From: an uncultured bacterium
GTDB lineage: Bacteria > Deinococcota > Deinococci > Deinococcales > Trueperaceae
Assembly: GCA_964549045.1 (NCBI GenBank)
Contig: CAZJUA010000022.1
Span: forward strand, 33,422-97,421
Length of the DNA: 64,000 nucleotides
Reading direction: 5' to 3'
In this document: positions 48,933-57,893 of the stretch, in pieces
How the letters are laid out: each line of letters starts with the position of its first letter
How positions within the stretch are numbered: the stretch's first letter is position 1
Made by a program: the position numbers and the translations under genes
Notes under the pieces: model-generated
Databases searched by the model: none
The model's input: only the letters and a program-made list of their open reading frames with translations
What the model was told of the DNA's origin: nothing

Positions 48933-49137
48933 GGTGACTCCTCTCCGCTGGGCCGTGGGCCCGCTGGGCCGCGGGCTTGCGGGGTCACCGGCCCGCCGGG
49001 TCCTCGACCCGTTCTCCAGGGTACGACGGTGGGTCGCGGGCGGGTGAGCGGCGGCATCACACGACCGTCATCCGCGGTCGCGGCCGGGCCACGCGCCGTC
49101 GGACGCCGACGCGCGCCGTCGGGCACCGTCGGACCGA

Positions 49138-49158
49138 CTTGAGTCTAGGGCACTCACA
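49138..49158 (+). promoter_or_regulatory. HAIR-like HspR operator (CTTGAGT-N7-ACTCACA) overlapping the dnaJ-like/hspR promoter
   Basis: The sequence CTTGAGTctagggcACTCACA matches the HspR-associated inverted repeat consensus CTTGAGT-N7-ACTCAAG at 12 of 14 positions. It lies 18 nt upstream of the dnaJ-like start. Confidence 0.65.
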
Positions 49159-49160
49159 TC

Positions 49161-49169
49161 TGCTAGACT
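49161..49169 (+). promoter_or_regulatory. Extended -10 (TGCTAGACT) 6 nt upstream of the dnaJ-like GTG; leaderless-type promoter overlapping the HAIR site
   Basis: The sequence reads atcTGCTAGACTccgcgcGTG. The left HAIR half-site TTGAGT could double as the -35. Confidence 0.5.
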
Positions 49170-49175
49170 CCGCGC

Positions 49176-50189
49176 GTGACCCCGCCGCGTCGTGACCCCT
49201 ACCAGGTGCTGGGCGTGGCCCGTGACGCCGACGCCGAGGCGATCCGGCGCGCCTACCGCGAGCGGGCGTTGCGCGACCACCCCGACCGCAACCCGGGCGA
49301 CGCCGCCGCCGAGGAGCGCTTCAAGGACGCGTCCGAGGCGTACGCGACGCTGCGCGATCCCGACGCGCGCCGGCGCTACGACGCGTTCGTGGCCGCCGGT
49401 GGGGTGGCGGGCCCCAGCGCGCGGGCCGCGGCGCCGCGCCCGGACTTCTCCACGGTCGACTGGCGCAGCGTCTTCCAGGAGGCCGACGTGCCGCTGGACT
49501 GGAGCCGCTACGGTGCGACGGGTGCCGTCCCGACGACCGGCCACGTCGTGTTCGACGTGCTGTTCAGGGGCGTCACCCGGGCGTTCCGCCAGGCGGGTCT
49601 GCTGCCGGGAGAAGGCCGCAGCGTGCCGCTGCGGCTCGACCTCGCGGCGGCCCGACGCGGCGGCGTGCGGCGCGTGCACGTACCGGGTCCGATCGTGTGC
49701 CCCGACTGCCGCGTCCAGGGAGCGCCATGCGCCACCTGCGGCGGGACCGGCGTCCTGCGCCGCGGGCTCGACGTCGACGTCCGCGTGCCGGCCGGCGTGC
49801 GCCCGGGGCAGCGACTCCGACTCCAGCGCATGGGCGGACCCGGGCGTCCGCCCGGCGACGCCTTCGTCGAGATCGACGTGGCGCTCCCCGCCGGGGTCCG
49901 GCGGGAGGGCCGCGACCTCGTCGCCGAGGCCTTCGTCACGCCCCTGGAGGCTTCACGTGGCACGGTCCTCCACGTGGCCGGGATGCCCGTGCGGATCGCC
50001 GCCGGCGCGCGTGACGGCCAGCGGCTGCGGGTGGCGGGCGGCGGCCTCGGCGGTGGCGATCTGCACCTGACCTTGCACCAGGACGTGTGGCGTGGCATGG
50101 CGCGGACGCTCGCCGAGGGCGTCGCGGGGCTGTGGAGCGAGACGGCGGCGGCTTGGCGCCGGCTCGCCACGGCCGGGAGGAAGGCATGA
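49176..50189 (+). CDS. DnaJ-like co-chaperone (J domain, reduced zinc-finger, C-terminal substrate domain)
   Basis: 337 aa with a GTG start. The J domain reads [35 protein letters not shown] see only two CxxC motifs ([16 protein letters not shown]) instead of four. Confidence 0.8.
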   Translation: MTPPRRDPYQVLGVARDADAEAIRRAYRERALRDHPDRNPGDAAAEERFKDASEAYATLRDPDARRRYDAFVAAGGVAGPSARAAAPRPDFSTVDWRSVFQEADVPLDWSRYGATGAVPTTGHVVFDVLFRGVTRAFRQAGLLPGEGRSVPLRLDLAAARRGGVRRVHVPGPIVCPDCRVQGAPCATCGGTGVLRRGLDVDVRVPAGVRPGQRLRLQRMGGPGRPPGDAFVEIDVALPAGVRREGRDLVAEAFVTPLEASRGTVLHVAGMPVRIAAGARDGQRLRVAGGGLGGGDLHLTLHQDVWRGMARTLAEGVAGLWSETAAAWRRLATAGRKA

Positions 50190-50674
50190 GCGACAACGAC
50201 GAGCGAAGGCGCGGCGAGGCGGACGCCGCCGATCCGACCCTGGACAAGGACAAGCCGCTGTACGTGATCAGTGTCGCCGCCGAACTCGTCGACATGCACC
50301 CCCAGACGCTGCGGCTCTACGAGCGCAAGGGCCTGATCGAGCCCTCGCGGAGCGCGGGCAAGACGCGCCTGTACTCGCAGCGCAACATCGAACAGCTGCG
50401 CGAGATCCGCCGTCTCACCCAGGAACTCGGGGTCAACCTCGCCGGTGTGGAGGAGATCATCCGCCTGCGTCAGAAGCTCGACGTGCTGCAGCAGCGCATC
50501 GAGGACCGCATCGGGACCCTGCAGGAGCGGCTGCAGCTCGAGCTCAAGGGCGCCCGTGCCCTGCCCGCGCCGGCGGCCGACGACGAGGTCGCGTCCGCGG
50601 GCGAGACGGCCGCCGACGGGGAGGACGACGAGGCGTTGCGACGCGGCCTCGAGCACCTGCGGGACGACCTCTGA
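50186..50674 (+). CDS. hspR: MerR-family heat-shock repressor HspR
   Basis: Trimmed to the ATG at 50186, which overlaps the dnaJ-like stop as ATGA. The HTH region [39 protein letters not shown] is typical of HspR. Confidence 0.85.
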   Translation: MSDNDERRRGEADAADPTLDKDKPLYVISVAAELVDMHPQTLRLYERKGLIEPSRSAGKTRLYSQRNIEQLREIRRLTQELGVNLAGVEEIIRLRQKLDVLQQRIEDRIGTLQERLQLELKGARALPAPAADDEVASAGETAADGEDDEALRRGLEHLRDDL

Positions 50675-50712
50675 TCGCGGCATAGTTCGCGTCGGGGACG
50701 GCGCGCCGGGCG

Positions 50713-50721
50713 TGGTACGCT
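50713..50721 (+). promoter_or_regulatory. Extended -10 (TGGTACGCT) 7 nt upstream of the M20 peptidase ATG; leaderless-type promoter
   Basis: The sequence reads gcgTGGTACGCTcgcgcccATG. Confidence 0.45.
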
Positions 50722-50728
50722 CGCGCCC

Positions 50729-52159
50729 ATGTCGTCCGCCCCCCAGCGCTCGGAGACCGATTCGGCGTCGCCCGCCGTCCAGACGGCCGACGTCGCCGCG
50801 TACCTGGACGCGAACCGCGAACGCGTGCTCGAAGAGCTGCTCGCACTGCTGCGCATCCCATCCGTCTCCACCGACCCGCGGCGGGCCGCCGACGTGGCGC
50901 GAGCGGCCGACTTCGTGGCGGACGCGCTCCGCCGTGCGGGCCTCGAGGCGCGGGTGCACCCGACCGCGGGGCACCCGGTGGTCACGGCGGCGTCCCCGCC
51001 GATCGCGGGTGCGCCGACCGTCGTCATCTACGGGCACTACGACGTCCAACCCGCCGAACCGCTCGCGGCCTGGGCGACGCCCCCGTTCGAGCCGGTCGTC
51101 CTCGACGGGCGGATCCTCGGGCGCGGCGCGTCCGACGACAAGGGCCAGGTCTTCGCCCACGTCAAGGCGGTCGAGGCGTTGCGGGACCTCGACGGCGGGC
51201 TGCCACTCAACGTCCGCTTCGTCGTCGAGGGCGAGGAGGAGATCGGCAGTCCCAGCCTGGCGGCGTTCCTGACCGAGCAGCGCGACGCGCTGGCCGCCGA
51301 CGTGGCCCTGGTGTCGGACGGCGCGATGCTGGCGCCCGAGACACCGACGATCACCTACGGGCTCCGAGGGGCGGTCTACCTGACGGTTCGCGTCCGCACG
51401 GCGGCCCGCGATCTGCACTCGGGCGCCTACGGTGGCGGCGTCGCGAACCCGCTCGGCGCCCTCGCCGCCATGCTGGCCAGCCTGAAGGACGCCGACGGCC
51501 GGATCGCGGTCGCCGGCTTCTACGACGACGTCGTCGAGGTGGACGACGCGGAGCGCGAACGCATGGCCGCGGTCCCCTTCGACCGCGACGCCTTCATGGC
51601 GGAGGCCGGCGTCGCCGCGACCCCGGGTGAGGCGGGCCGCGGGCTGCTGGAGCGGCTGTGGGCCCGGCCCGCGCTCGACGTGCACGGCCTCGGCGGCGGC
51701 TTCGTCGGCCAGGGCATGAAGACCGTCATCCCGGCCGAGGGCATCGCCAAGCTGAGTTGTCGCCTGGTCGCCCGCCAGGACCCGGACCACATCGCGCGCC
51801 TGCTCGACGCGCACCTGCGGCGGGTGGCGCCCGAGGGGGTCGAGGTCGACGTCGTCGTGGAGGGCAGGGGAGAGCCCACGCTCACGCCCCTCGACCACCC
51901 GGCGGTCACCGCGACCGCCCGCGCGCTGGAGGCGGTCTGGGGTCGGCCCGTGGTGTACGCCCGCAGCGGCGGGTCGATCCCGGTCGTCGCCGACCTCCAA
52001 CGGGTCCTGGGCGCGGTCCCCGTCCTGCTCGACATGGGCCTCGAGGACGACCGCCTCCACGCCCCCAACGAGAAGTTCGAGGTGCGCCACTACCTGCAGG
52101 GCATCCAGGCGTCGGCCGCCACCCTGCGGGCGCTCGCCGCCGCGCTGGGCCCGCGTTGA
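50729..52159 (+). CDS. M20-family dipeptidase/peptidase
   Basis: 476 aa with GHYDVQP, GRGASDDKG and VVEGEEEIGS, the metal-binding blocks of M20 enzymes. Confidence 0.85.
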   Translation: MSSAPQRSETDSASPAVQTADVAAYLDANRERVLEELLALLRIPSVSTDPRRAADVARAADFVADALRRAGLEARVHPTAGHPVVTAASPPIAGAPTVVIYGHYDVQPAEPLAAWATPPFEPVVLDGRILGRGASDDKGQVFAHVKAVEALRDLDGGLPLNVRFVVEGEEEIGSPSLAAFLTEQRDALAADVALVSDGAMLAPETPTITYGLRGAVYLTVRVRTAARDLHSGAYGGGVANPLGALAAMLASLKDADGRIAVAGFYDDVVEVDDAERERMAAVPFDRDAFMAEAGVAATPGEAGRGLLERLWARPALDVHGLGGGFVGQGMKTVIPAEGIAKLSCRLVARQDPDHIARLLDAHLRRVAPEGVEVDVVVEGRGEPTLTPLDHPAVTATARALEAVWGRPVVYARSGGSIPVVADLQRVLGAVPVLLDMGLEDDRLHAPNEKFEVRHYLQGIQASAATLRALAAALGPR

Positions 52160-52184
52160 CCGCCGTCCGACCGCGGGGGGCCAC

Positions 52185-55100
52185 GTGCGGCTGACCACGC
52201 TGACGCTGCAGGGCTTCAAGTCGTTCGGAAACCGGACGGCCATCGAGCTCTCGCCCGGCGTGACGGCCGTGGTCGGACCCAACGGATCGGGCAAGTCGAA
52301 CCTGCTGGACGCGCTGAAGTGGGTCACCGGCGGCGGGCGGGCCCGGGAGTTCCGGGCCGAGACGAGGACCGACCTCATCTTCCACGGGGCCGCCGGCAAG
52401 CGCGGCGTCGGCTTCGCGGAGGTCGAGGTCGAGCTCAGCGACGGCCGTCGCAGCATCAAGGTGCGTCGCGACCTCGATCGGTCCGGCGCCAGCCGCCTGC
52501 GCCTCGACGGCCGGGTGGCCCGCTTCCTCGACGTCGACGAGGCGCTGGCGGGCTCCGGCCTGGGCACCGCCGGGGTCGCGATGATCGGGCAGGGTGAGGT
52601 CGCGGGCGTCCTCATGGCCGATCCGACGACGCTGCTGCGCTACGTCGCGGAGGCGGCCGGCGTCGCCCGGCTGGCGAGTCGTCGCGAGCAGACCCAGTCG
52701 CGGCTCGACGCGGCACAGGCGCACCTGACGCGGCTCGAGGACGTGCTCGTCGAGCTTCGCGAGCGGATCGAGCACCTGCGGCACGAGGCCCAGGTCGCGA
52801 CCCGCCACGCGGAGCTGACCCGCGAGGCGCTGGCCCTGCGCGTCACCGCCGGCCACGCGCGCGTCGCCTCGCTGGAGGCCGAGGCCGGCGCACTCCGCCA
52901 GGAGGTCGGTGCCGCGGAGCAGCGCATCCTCGAGGGCCGAGAGCGCCTCGCCGAGGCGCGTGCCGCGGTCGAGGCGGCGCGCGGCCGGCGGACCGACGCC
53001 GAGCGCGCGTACCGCGAGTCGCTGGCGGCCGCCGAGCGGGCGCAGGGCGTCCTGGCGCTCGCGCGGGCCGGCGTCCAGCGGGCCGCCGAGGGCCGCGCGG
53101 CGGCGCTGCGCGCGCAGGAGAGCGCGGCGCGCGAGGCCGCGTCGCTGGCGGCGACGCCCGAGCCGAAGGACCCCGGCGTCGACCTGCCGGCCCTGCAACG
53201 GCGGGTGGACGACGCCGAGGCCGGCGTGGCCGAGGCACGCGAACTGCGAACCGCCGCCGAGGCCGAGCTGGAGCGCGTGCGCGGCGGCCTCGAGGCGGCG
53301 AGGGGCCGCGAGGCGACGCTGAGGGCCGCCTGGTCGGCCTACCGGGCGCGATCGGCCGCGCTCGACGAGGAGCACGCCTCGCTGACGCGGGAGCGCGAGC
53401 TCCTGGCGGCGGAAGTGCCCGGTCCCGACGTCGGCGCCCTGGCCGCGGCGCGGGAGGCGGCGCGGAACGCGGTGGTGGAGGCCGAGGCCGAACTCGATGG
53501 CGCGCGGCGCGACCTGCAGTCGGCCCACGAGCTCCACGCCACCACGCACGGCGAGGCGGTGGCCGCGACGCGCGGCGCGCAGCAGGCGCGCGCGGCGTAC
53601 GAGGCCAGGCGCGGTTACGCGCAGGGTCCCAGGGTCGCGCTGACCTCCGGGATCGCCGGCGTCCACGGCAGCGTCGCCGACCTCCTGCGGGTGGCGCCCG
53701 ACCATCGGGCCGCGATCGCCGGCGCCTTGGGCCGCCGCGCCGAGTACGTGGTCGTCGACACGGCCGACACGGCCGCGCGGGTGCTGGCGGCCGTCCGCGC
53801 GGCCGGCGGCTGGGTGACGCTGCTGCCCCTCGAGCTGCTGCGCCCGCCGCGCGCCGACACCGACGGCGACCGCGGGATCCAGGGGCTGCTGGGGCGGGCG
53901 GCCGACGTCGTCGACGTGGCCCCGGAGTTCCGGGCCGTGGTCGCCCAACTGCTGTCGAACACCTGGCTCGTCGCGGACCTCGCGGGGGCGACCGCGATCG
54001 CCCGGCGCCACGCCGACCGCCCACGGCTGGTGACGCTCGAGGGCGACGTCCTCGAGTCGGGCGGCGCGATCTCCGGCGGCCGGCGCACCGGGGGCGCCAC
54101 CGTCCTCGGCCTCGGCCGCGACCTTGAGCGGGCGGAGGGCGAGGCCACGGTCGCGGAAGAGCGCGTGGCCGCCGCGCTGGCGCAGCGAACGGCGGCCCAG
54201 GAGCGCGTTCGCGACATCCAGGCCCGGGCCGGCGACCTGCGCCGCCGGGCGGAGGAGACCGACGCCGCCTGGCGGGCGGCGGAGGCCCTGCGCGAGCGGC
54301 GGGCCGAGCGCCTCGCCGTGATCGATGCCCGCGAGGCCCGCTGGCGCTCGGCCCGCGACGAGTTGGCGGCGCCCGAGAGGGCGGAGGACGACGGCGAGGT
54401 GGCGGCCTGGGTCGCCGCCGAGAGCGAGGCGCGCTCCACCGTCGCGGAGGCCCGCTCGGTCGCGGAGGCGACGCTCGCCGAGGCGGCCGAGGCCCGGCGG
54501 GAGGCGGAGGTCGGCGGCGAGCGGTTGCTCGCCTTCGAGGCCGCCCGCATCGCCCACCACCAGGCGCTCGAACGCGCGGGCCGGCTGCGCGCCGAGTCGG
54601 TGACCCATGGGGAAGAGGTCGCGCGCTGGAGCGCGGAGGAGACCGCCGCCCAGGCACGCCGGCAGGCGGCCGAGGCGGCGCTGCCACGGGACCTCGACGC
54701 CCGGCGGAAGGCCTTCGAACGGGGCGACGAGGCGCAGCAGCGGGCGGAGGCGAGCCTGCGGCAGCACACGGAAGGGCAGGCGCGCGCGGGCGACGCCCTG
54801 GAGACGGCGAGGCTGGCGCTCGCCCGTCGGGAGGCCGCGCTCGAGTTGGCGCTGGACGAGCGCGCGGCCCTGCCGACGGGGGTCGAGCCCCTGCCCCTGA
54901 GCGAGCGCGTGGCGCGTGCGCGGTGGCGCGAGGTGGAGGCGGCGCTGGAGGCCCTCGGACCGGTCAACCAGCGGGCAGCGATCGACCACGCGGCCCAGTC
55001 CGAGCGCCTGAGCGAGCTCGAGGACGAGGGGGCGCAGGCCGCGGCGGCCGTCGCGGAGCTGGCGAGCACCCTGGCCACCATCGATGCGGAGACCACCGGG

Positions 55101-55592
55101 AGACTGAACACGGCCCTGAAGGGCCTCCAGGAGGGTTTCGCCGAGCACGTCAGGCAGCTGTTCGGGCCGACGGCCCTCGGGTCGATCGACGTGGAACGCG
55201 AGGGGGAACGCCCGGTCGGCGTGCGCATCCGGCTCCAGCCGCCGGGCAAGCGCACCGAGTCGCTGAACCTGCTGTCGGTCGGGGAGCGGACGATGGGGGC
55301 GATGGCCTTCCTCTTCGCCCTCATGGCCGGCGAGATCGGCAACCTGCCCATCGCCGTCCTGGACGAGGTCGACGCACCGCTGGACGAGGCGAACATCCGG
55401 CGCTTCTGCGGCTTCATCGAGGCGCTGTCGTCGCGCGGCACCCAGTTCGTGCTCATCACCCACCAGAAGGCGACCTTCGAGGTGGCCGACACGCTGTGGG
55501 GGGTGACCTCCGACGACGGCGTGAGCCGGGTCTTCTCGATCCGTCGCGAGGAGCCCAGCGGGCGCGCCGGCGTCGGCGCCGCCGGGTCGTGA
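52185..55592 (+). CDS. smc: Chromosome segregation protein SMC
   Basis: 1135 aa with N-terminal Walker A GPNGSGKSNLLDAL, long coiled coils, a hinge and a C-terminal LSGGE-type/Walker B region (LDEVDAPLDEAN). Confidence 0.95.
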   Translation: MRLTTLTLQGFKSFGNRTAIELSPGVTAVVGPNGSGKSNLLDALKWVTGGGRAREFRAETRTDLIFHGAAGKRGVGFAEVEVELSDGRRSIKVRRDLDRSGASRLRLDGRVARFLDVDEALAGSGLGTAGVAMIGQGEVAGVLMADPTTLLRYVAEAAGVARLASRREQTQSRLDAAQAHLTRLEDVLVELRERIEHLRHEAQVATRHAELTREALALRVTAGHARVASLEAEAGALRQEVGAAEQRILEGRERLAEARAAVEAARGRRTDAERAYRESLAAAERAQGVLALARAGVQRAAEGRAAALRAQESAAREAASLAATPEPKDPGVDLPALQRRVDDAEAGVAEARELRTAAEAELERVRGGLEAARGREATLRAAWSAYRARSAALDEEHASLTRERELLAAEVPGPDVGALAAAREAARNAVVEAEAELDGARRDLQSAHELHATTHGEAVAATRGAQQARAAYEARRGYAQGPRVALTSGIAGVHGSVADLLRVAPDHRAAIAGALGRRAEYVVVDTADTAARVLAAVRAAGGWVTLLPLELLRPPRADTDGDRGIQGLLGRAADVVDVAPEFRAVVAQLLSNTWLVADLAGATAIARRHADRPRLVTLEGDVLESGGAISGGRRTGGATVLGLGRDLERAEGEATVAEERVAAALAQRTAAQERVRDIQARAGDLRRRAEETDAAWRAAEALRERRAERLAVIDAREARWRSARDELAAPERAEDDGEVAAWVAAESEARSTVAEARSVAEATLAEAAEARREAEVGGERLLAFEAARIAHHQALERAGRLRAESVTHGEEVARWSAEETAAQARRQAAEAALPRDLDARRKAFERGDEAQQRAEASLRQHTEGQARAGDALETARLALARREAALELALDERAALPTGVEPLPLSERVARARWREVEAALEALGPVNQRAAIDHAAQSERLSELEDEGAQAAAAVAELASTLATIDAETTGRLNTALKGLQEGFAEHVRQLFGPTALGSIDVEREGERPVGVRIRLQPPGKRTESLNLLSVGERTMGAMAFLFALMAGEIGNLPIAVLDEVDAPLDEANIRRFCGFIEALSSRGTQFVLITHQKATFEVADTLWGVTSDDGVSRVFSIRREEPSGRAGVGAAGS

Positions 55593-55839
55593 CGTCCTCG
55601 AGACGGCGGCCGCAGTCCATAACGCCGTTACAAGGGCGGCGTCCTCGCCACGGGGACCACCGGGCCGGGGAGCTTCATGGCGTCCGACGCGGCCACGGCC
55701 CCCCGTACCTTGCGCCCGCGGCACCTCAGCGGCGATGCTGTCCAGGAATCCGTTCGCCTCGGCCGGCGCGCGCCTCGGCAGGGGCGCCAGCGCCAGCGGT
55801 GGCGTCAGCGCCGCCAGCGGCGCGGAACAGGAGCAGGCC

Positions 55840-56223
55840 ATGACCTACCCGCAGCCCTCACTGTACGCGCGCATCGGTGGCGCCGAGGTCGTCGCGGACC
55901 TCGTCGACGACTTCTACGAGCGCGTCCTCGCCGATCCCGAGCTCGGCCCGTTCTTCGCCAAGACGGACCTCGACAAGCTGCGGGCGATGCAGCGTGAGTT
56001 CTTCTCGGTCGCGCTCGGGGGGCCGGTCACCTACTTCGGTCGCCCGCTCGCGTACGCCCACCGCGGCCGCGGCATCGAGCGCCGCCACCTGCAGCGCTTC
56101 ACCGAGCACCTGCTCGCCACCCTCGAGGGGCGGGGCATGGAAGAGCGGGACGTTCACGACGTCATCGATCGCATCAACGTCTACAGCAGCGACATCCTGG
56201 GGGGGCACGGCACGTCGGGCTGA
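55840..56223 (+). CDS. glbN: Group I truncated hemoglobin (trHbN-like)
   Basis: Trimmed to the ATG at 55840, which has GGAG 8 nt upstream. The 127-aa product reads LYARIGGAEVVADLVDDFYERVLADPELGPFF..QREFFSVALGGPVTY.G, a 2-on-2 globin pattern. Confidence 0.85.
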   Translation: MTYPQPSLYARIGGAEVVADLVDDFYERVLADPELGPFFAKTDLDKLRAMQREFFSVALGGPVTYFGRPLAYAHRGRGIERRHLQRFTEHLLATLEGRGMEERDVHDVIDRINVYSSDILGGHGTSG

Positions 56224-56267
56224 GCGAGGGCGGGTCGGACGGCACGGTCACGGTGGTTCGACCTCCT

Positions 56268-56293
56268 GTGTTTGATAAGTTGTCTTATCACAC
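56268..56293. other. AT-rich palindrome TGATAAG-ttgt-CTTATCA between convergent glbN and 56312-57118
   Basis: 7-bp perfect arms (56273-56279 and 56284-56290), extendable by GTG/CAC with a 2-nt bulge. It is the most AT-rich patch I noticed in the window. Confidence 0.4.
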
Positions 56294-56311
56294 CTGGTAG
56301 TTTCGCGAGCC

Positions 56312-57118
56312 TCACCGCCCACGCACGACCTCGAGCACCCAGGTCGTCCACGCGTCGAACGCCGGACCCCGCGGCTCGTCGGACTCCTGGTGGTGCATCG
56401 CGGGCAGCCGCACGAGGTCGAGCCCCGCCGTCGAGCCGTCGGGCCGGACGTTGTCGCGGACGTCCCGCACCATGCCGGCCACCTGCCCGCCGCTGCGCAC
56501 CTCCAGCGAGCGCGCCACGTTCCACGGGACGACGTCGCCCAGGTCGAGCCGCGAGCCGACGCCGGGTACCTCGAGGACGTCACAGCCGATCCTGTAGGGT
56601 CCGTGGTCCGCCCATGGGCCGACCCCGGGCGCCAGCGCCTCCACCAGGCGGTCGGCGTGGTCGGCGTCCCAGCCGAGGCAGATCGGGTCGAGCAGCACCG
56701 AGGCGGCGAAGGGCACCTGCGGGTGCTCGAAGGCGAGCAGGTGGGCGAACTCGGTCCCGTGGGCGTACCCGAGCAGGACCAAGCGGGTGCCCCGATCGGG
56801 CCACAGAAGACCGTCCTGGACGGCGCTTCTAAGGTCCTCGGCGGCCGCCAGGTAGCCGCGGCCACGCTCCGGATGGTCGTCGACGTGGTTGCGGTAGGTC
56901 CACGCCTCGGCGTGGAGGCCCGCCGCCCGCCACACCGCCAGCGCCGCCGGCACCAACCGCTGCGCGAGGGCGTCGACGTTCTCGTCCGGCGGCGTGCAGG
57001 ATCGTAGCGCGCAGCGCCCGGAGAAGGAGACGAGCAGGAGGTCGGGGCCCTCCCCCACCGTCGCCTCGCCCGCCCCCGCCGCGATCGCCGGGACGACGGG
57101 CGGCGGTGGGCGGTACAC
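56312..57118 (-). CDS. Hypothetical protein, possibly alpha/beta-hydrolase-like with Ala at the nucleophile-elbow position
   Basis: 268 aa with a GTG start. Third-position GC bias and a balanced amino-acid composition support coding on this strand. LVLLGYAHGTEF resembles a GxSxG elbow with Ser replaced by Ala. No firm family. Confidence 0.45.
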   Translation of the reverse strand: MYRPPPPVVPAIAAGAGEATVGEGPDLLLVSFSGRCALRSCTPPDENVDALAQRLVPAALAVWRAAGLHAEAWTYRNHVDDHPERGRGYLAAAEDLRSAVQDGLLWPDRGTRLVLLGYAHGTEFAHLLAFEHPQVPFAASVLLDPICLGWDADHADRLVEALAPGVGPWADHGPYRIGCDVLEVPGVGSRLDLGDVVPWNVARSLEVRSGGQVAGMVRDVRDNVRPDGSTAGLDLVRLPAMHHQESDEPRGPAFDAWTTWVLEVVRGR

Positions 57119-57124
57119 CGTCGA

Positions 57125-57130
57125 TGGCTA
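57125..57130 (-). promoter_or_regulatory. Weak -10-like element (TAGCCA) 6 nt upstream of GTG 57118
   Basis: The minus-sense sequence reads gccTAGCCAtcgacgGTG. The last base is not T, so confidence is low. Confidence 0.25.
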
Positions 57131-57216
57131 GGCCGCCCAGGCGATCGACGCCAGCGGCAGTACCCACGCGAGGGCCAGCGAACGGAGGCGCGCCGCCCGG
57201 CGCCGCGCCCGGTCCG

Positions 57217-57843
57217 TCACTCCGCCGCCCAGCGCACCCGCCCTGGCCGCGTGTAGATCTGGTAGGTCAGGTCGCGCAGCAGCGACAGCAGCACCTTGGC
57301 CCCACGCGCGTCGAGGTCGGGCTCCGCCACACCTGGCGCGGGGCGCAGCGCTCGGCGCGCCTTGTCCTTCCAGCCGTCGTCGAGGCCGGTGAGTTCGAGG
57401 ATCTCCTCGAGGTTCCGCTCGACACGCTCCTTGCCGTCCGGCGCCAGGTCGTCCTCGACCGCCCGCACCGCCCGGCGCGCCATGGCGCCGAAACCGTGGA
57501 ACGCCTGCACCGACAGGCAGTCGAGCGCCTCCTTGATCGCCTGCGCGACCGGCTCGGGCACGTGCTCGTAGTCGTAGCTCTCGACGACCGGCAGCGCCAT
57601 GCGGGGACGATCGACCCGCGCGGGATCCCAGTCGACGACGTCGTAGGAGACCGGCACCGGCGCGAGGCAGGCGTCGCAGTGGTACACGACCATGATCTCG
57701 CGCAGCTTGGCCGAGCGGGCGACGTTCTCGATGAGGTCCTGCATGCGGGTGAAGCTCGACCGTTGCCCGCAGTGCGGGCAGGTGCCCCCGACGCGCAACG
57801 AGTTCAGCGGCGCGGGCGGCTGATTGCCATAGAACTGAAGCAT
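57217..57843 (-). CDS. Zinc-ribbon plus DUF4145-like helical domain protein
   Basis: 208 aa with an N-terminal CPHC..(29 aa)..CDAC ribbon. The C-terminal helical region (AIKEALDCLSVQAFHGFGAMARRAVRAVE..) fits my memory of the DUF4145 pattern. Confidence 0.55.
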   Translation of the reverse strand: MLQFYGNQPPAPLNSLRVGGTCPHCGQRSSFTRMQDLIENVARSAKLREIMVVYHCDACLAPVPVSYDVVDWDPARVDRPRMALPVVESYDYEHVPEPVAQAIKEALDCLSVQAFHGFGAMARRAVRAVEDDLAPDGKERVERNLEEILELTGLDDGWKDKARRALRPAPGVAEPDLDARGAKVLLSLLRDLTYQIYTRPGRVRWAAE

Positions 57844-57849
57844 GCCTCT

Positions 57850-57855
57850 AGCTTA
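57850..57855 (-). promoter_or_regulatory. -10 element (TAAGCT) 6 nt upstream of the DUF4145-like gene ATG; leaderless-type promoter
   Basis: The minus-sense sequence reads gcgcTAAGCTagaggcATG. Confidence 0.4.
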
Positions 57856-57893
57856 GCGCCGTCGACGCAGCGCAACCAGCGACGGCCGGCCGC

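Noticed and set aside
55593-55839. 247-nt gap between smc and glbN as a possible small RNA or small protein locus
   Set aside because: I found only a 16-codon minus-strand ORF and weak hairpins, with no promoter/terminator pair or conserved RNA motif I could recognise. Left unannotated.
51906-55841. 1311-aa minus-strand ORF antisense to smc (also 49508-52615, 1035 aa, and 41325-44453, 1042 aa antisense to dnaE)
   Set aside because: Same reasoning: low-complexity Arg/Gly/Pro/Leu composition, with unambiguous conserved genes (smc, M20 peptidase, dnaJ/hspR, dnaE) on the opposite strand.
56295-56303. Plus-strand TGGTAGTTT promoter-like motif pointing antisense into gene 56312-57118
   Set aside because: It matches the local -10 grammar, but there is no plausible plus-strand gene downstream. 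The only plus ORFs there are Arg-rich shadow frames. It may be a chance match or an antisense promoter, and I have no evidence either way.
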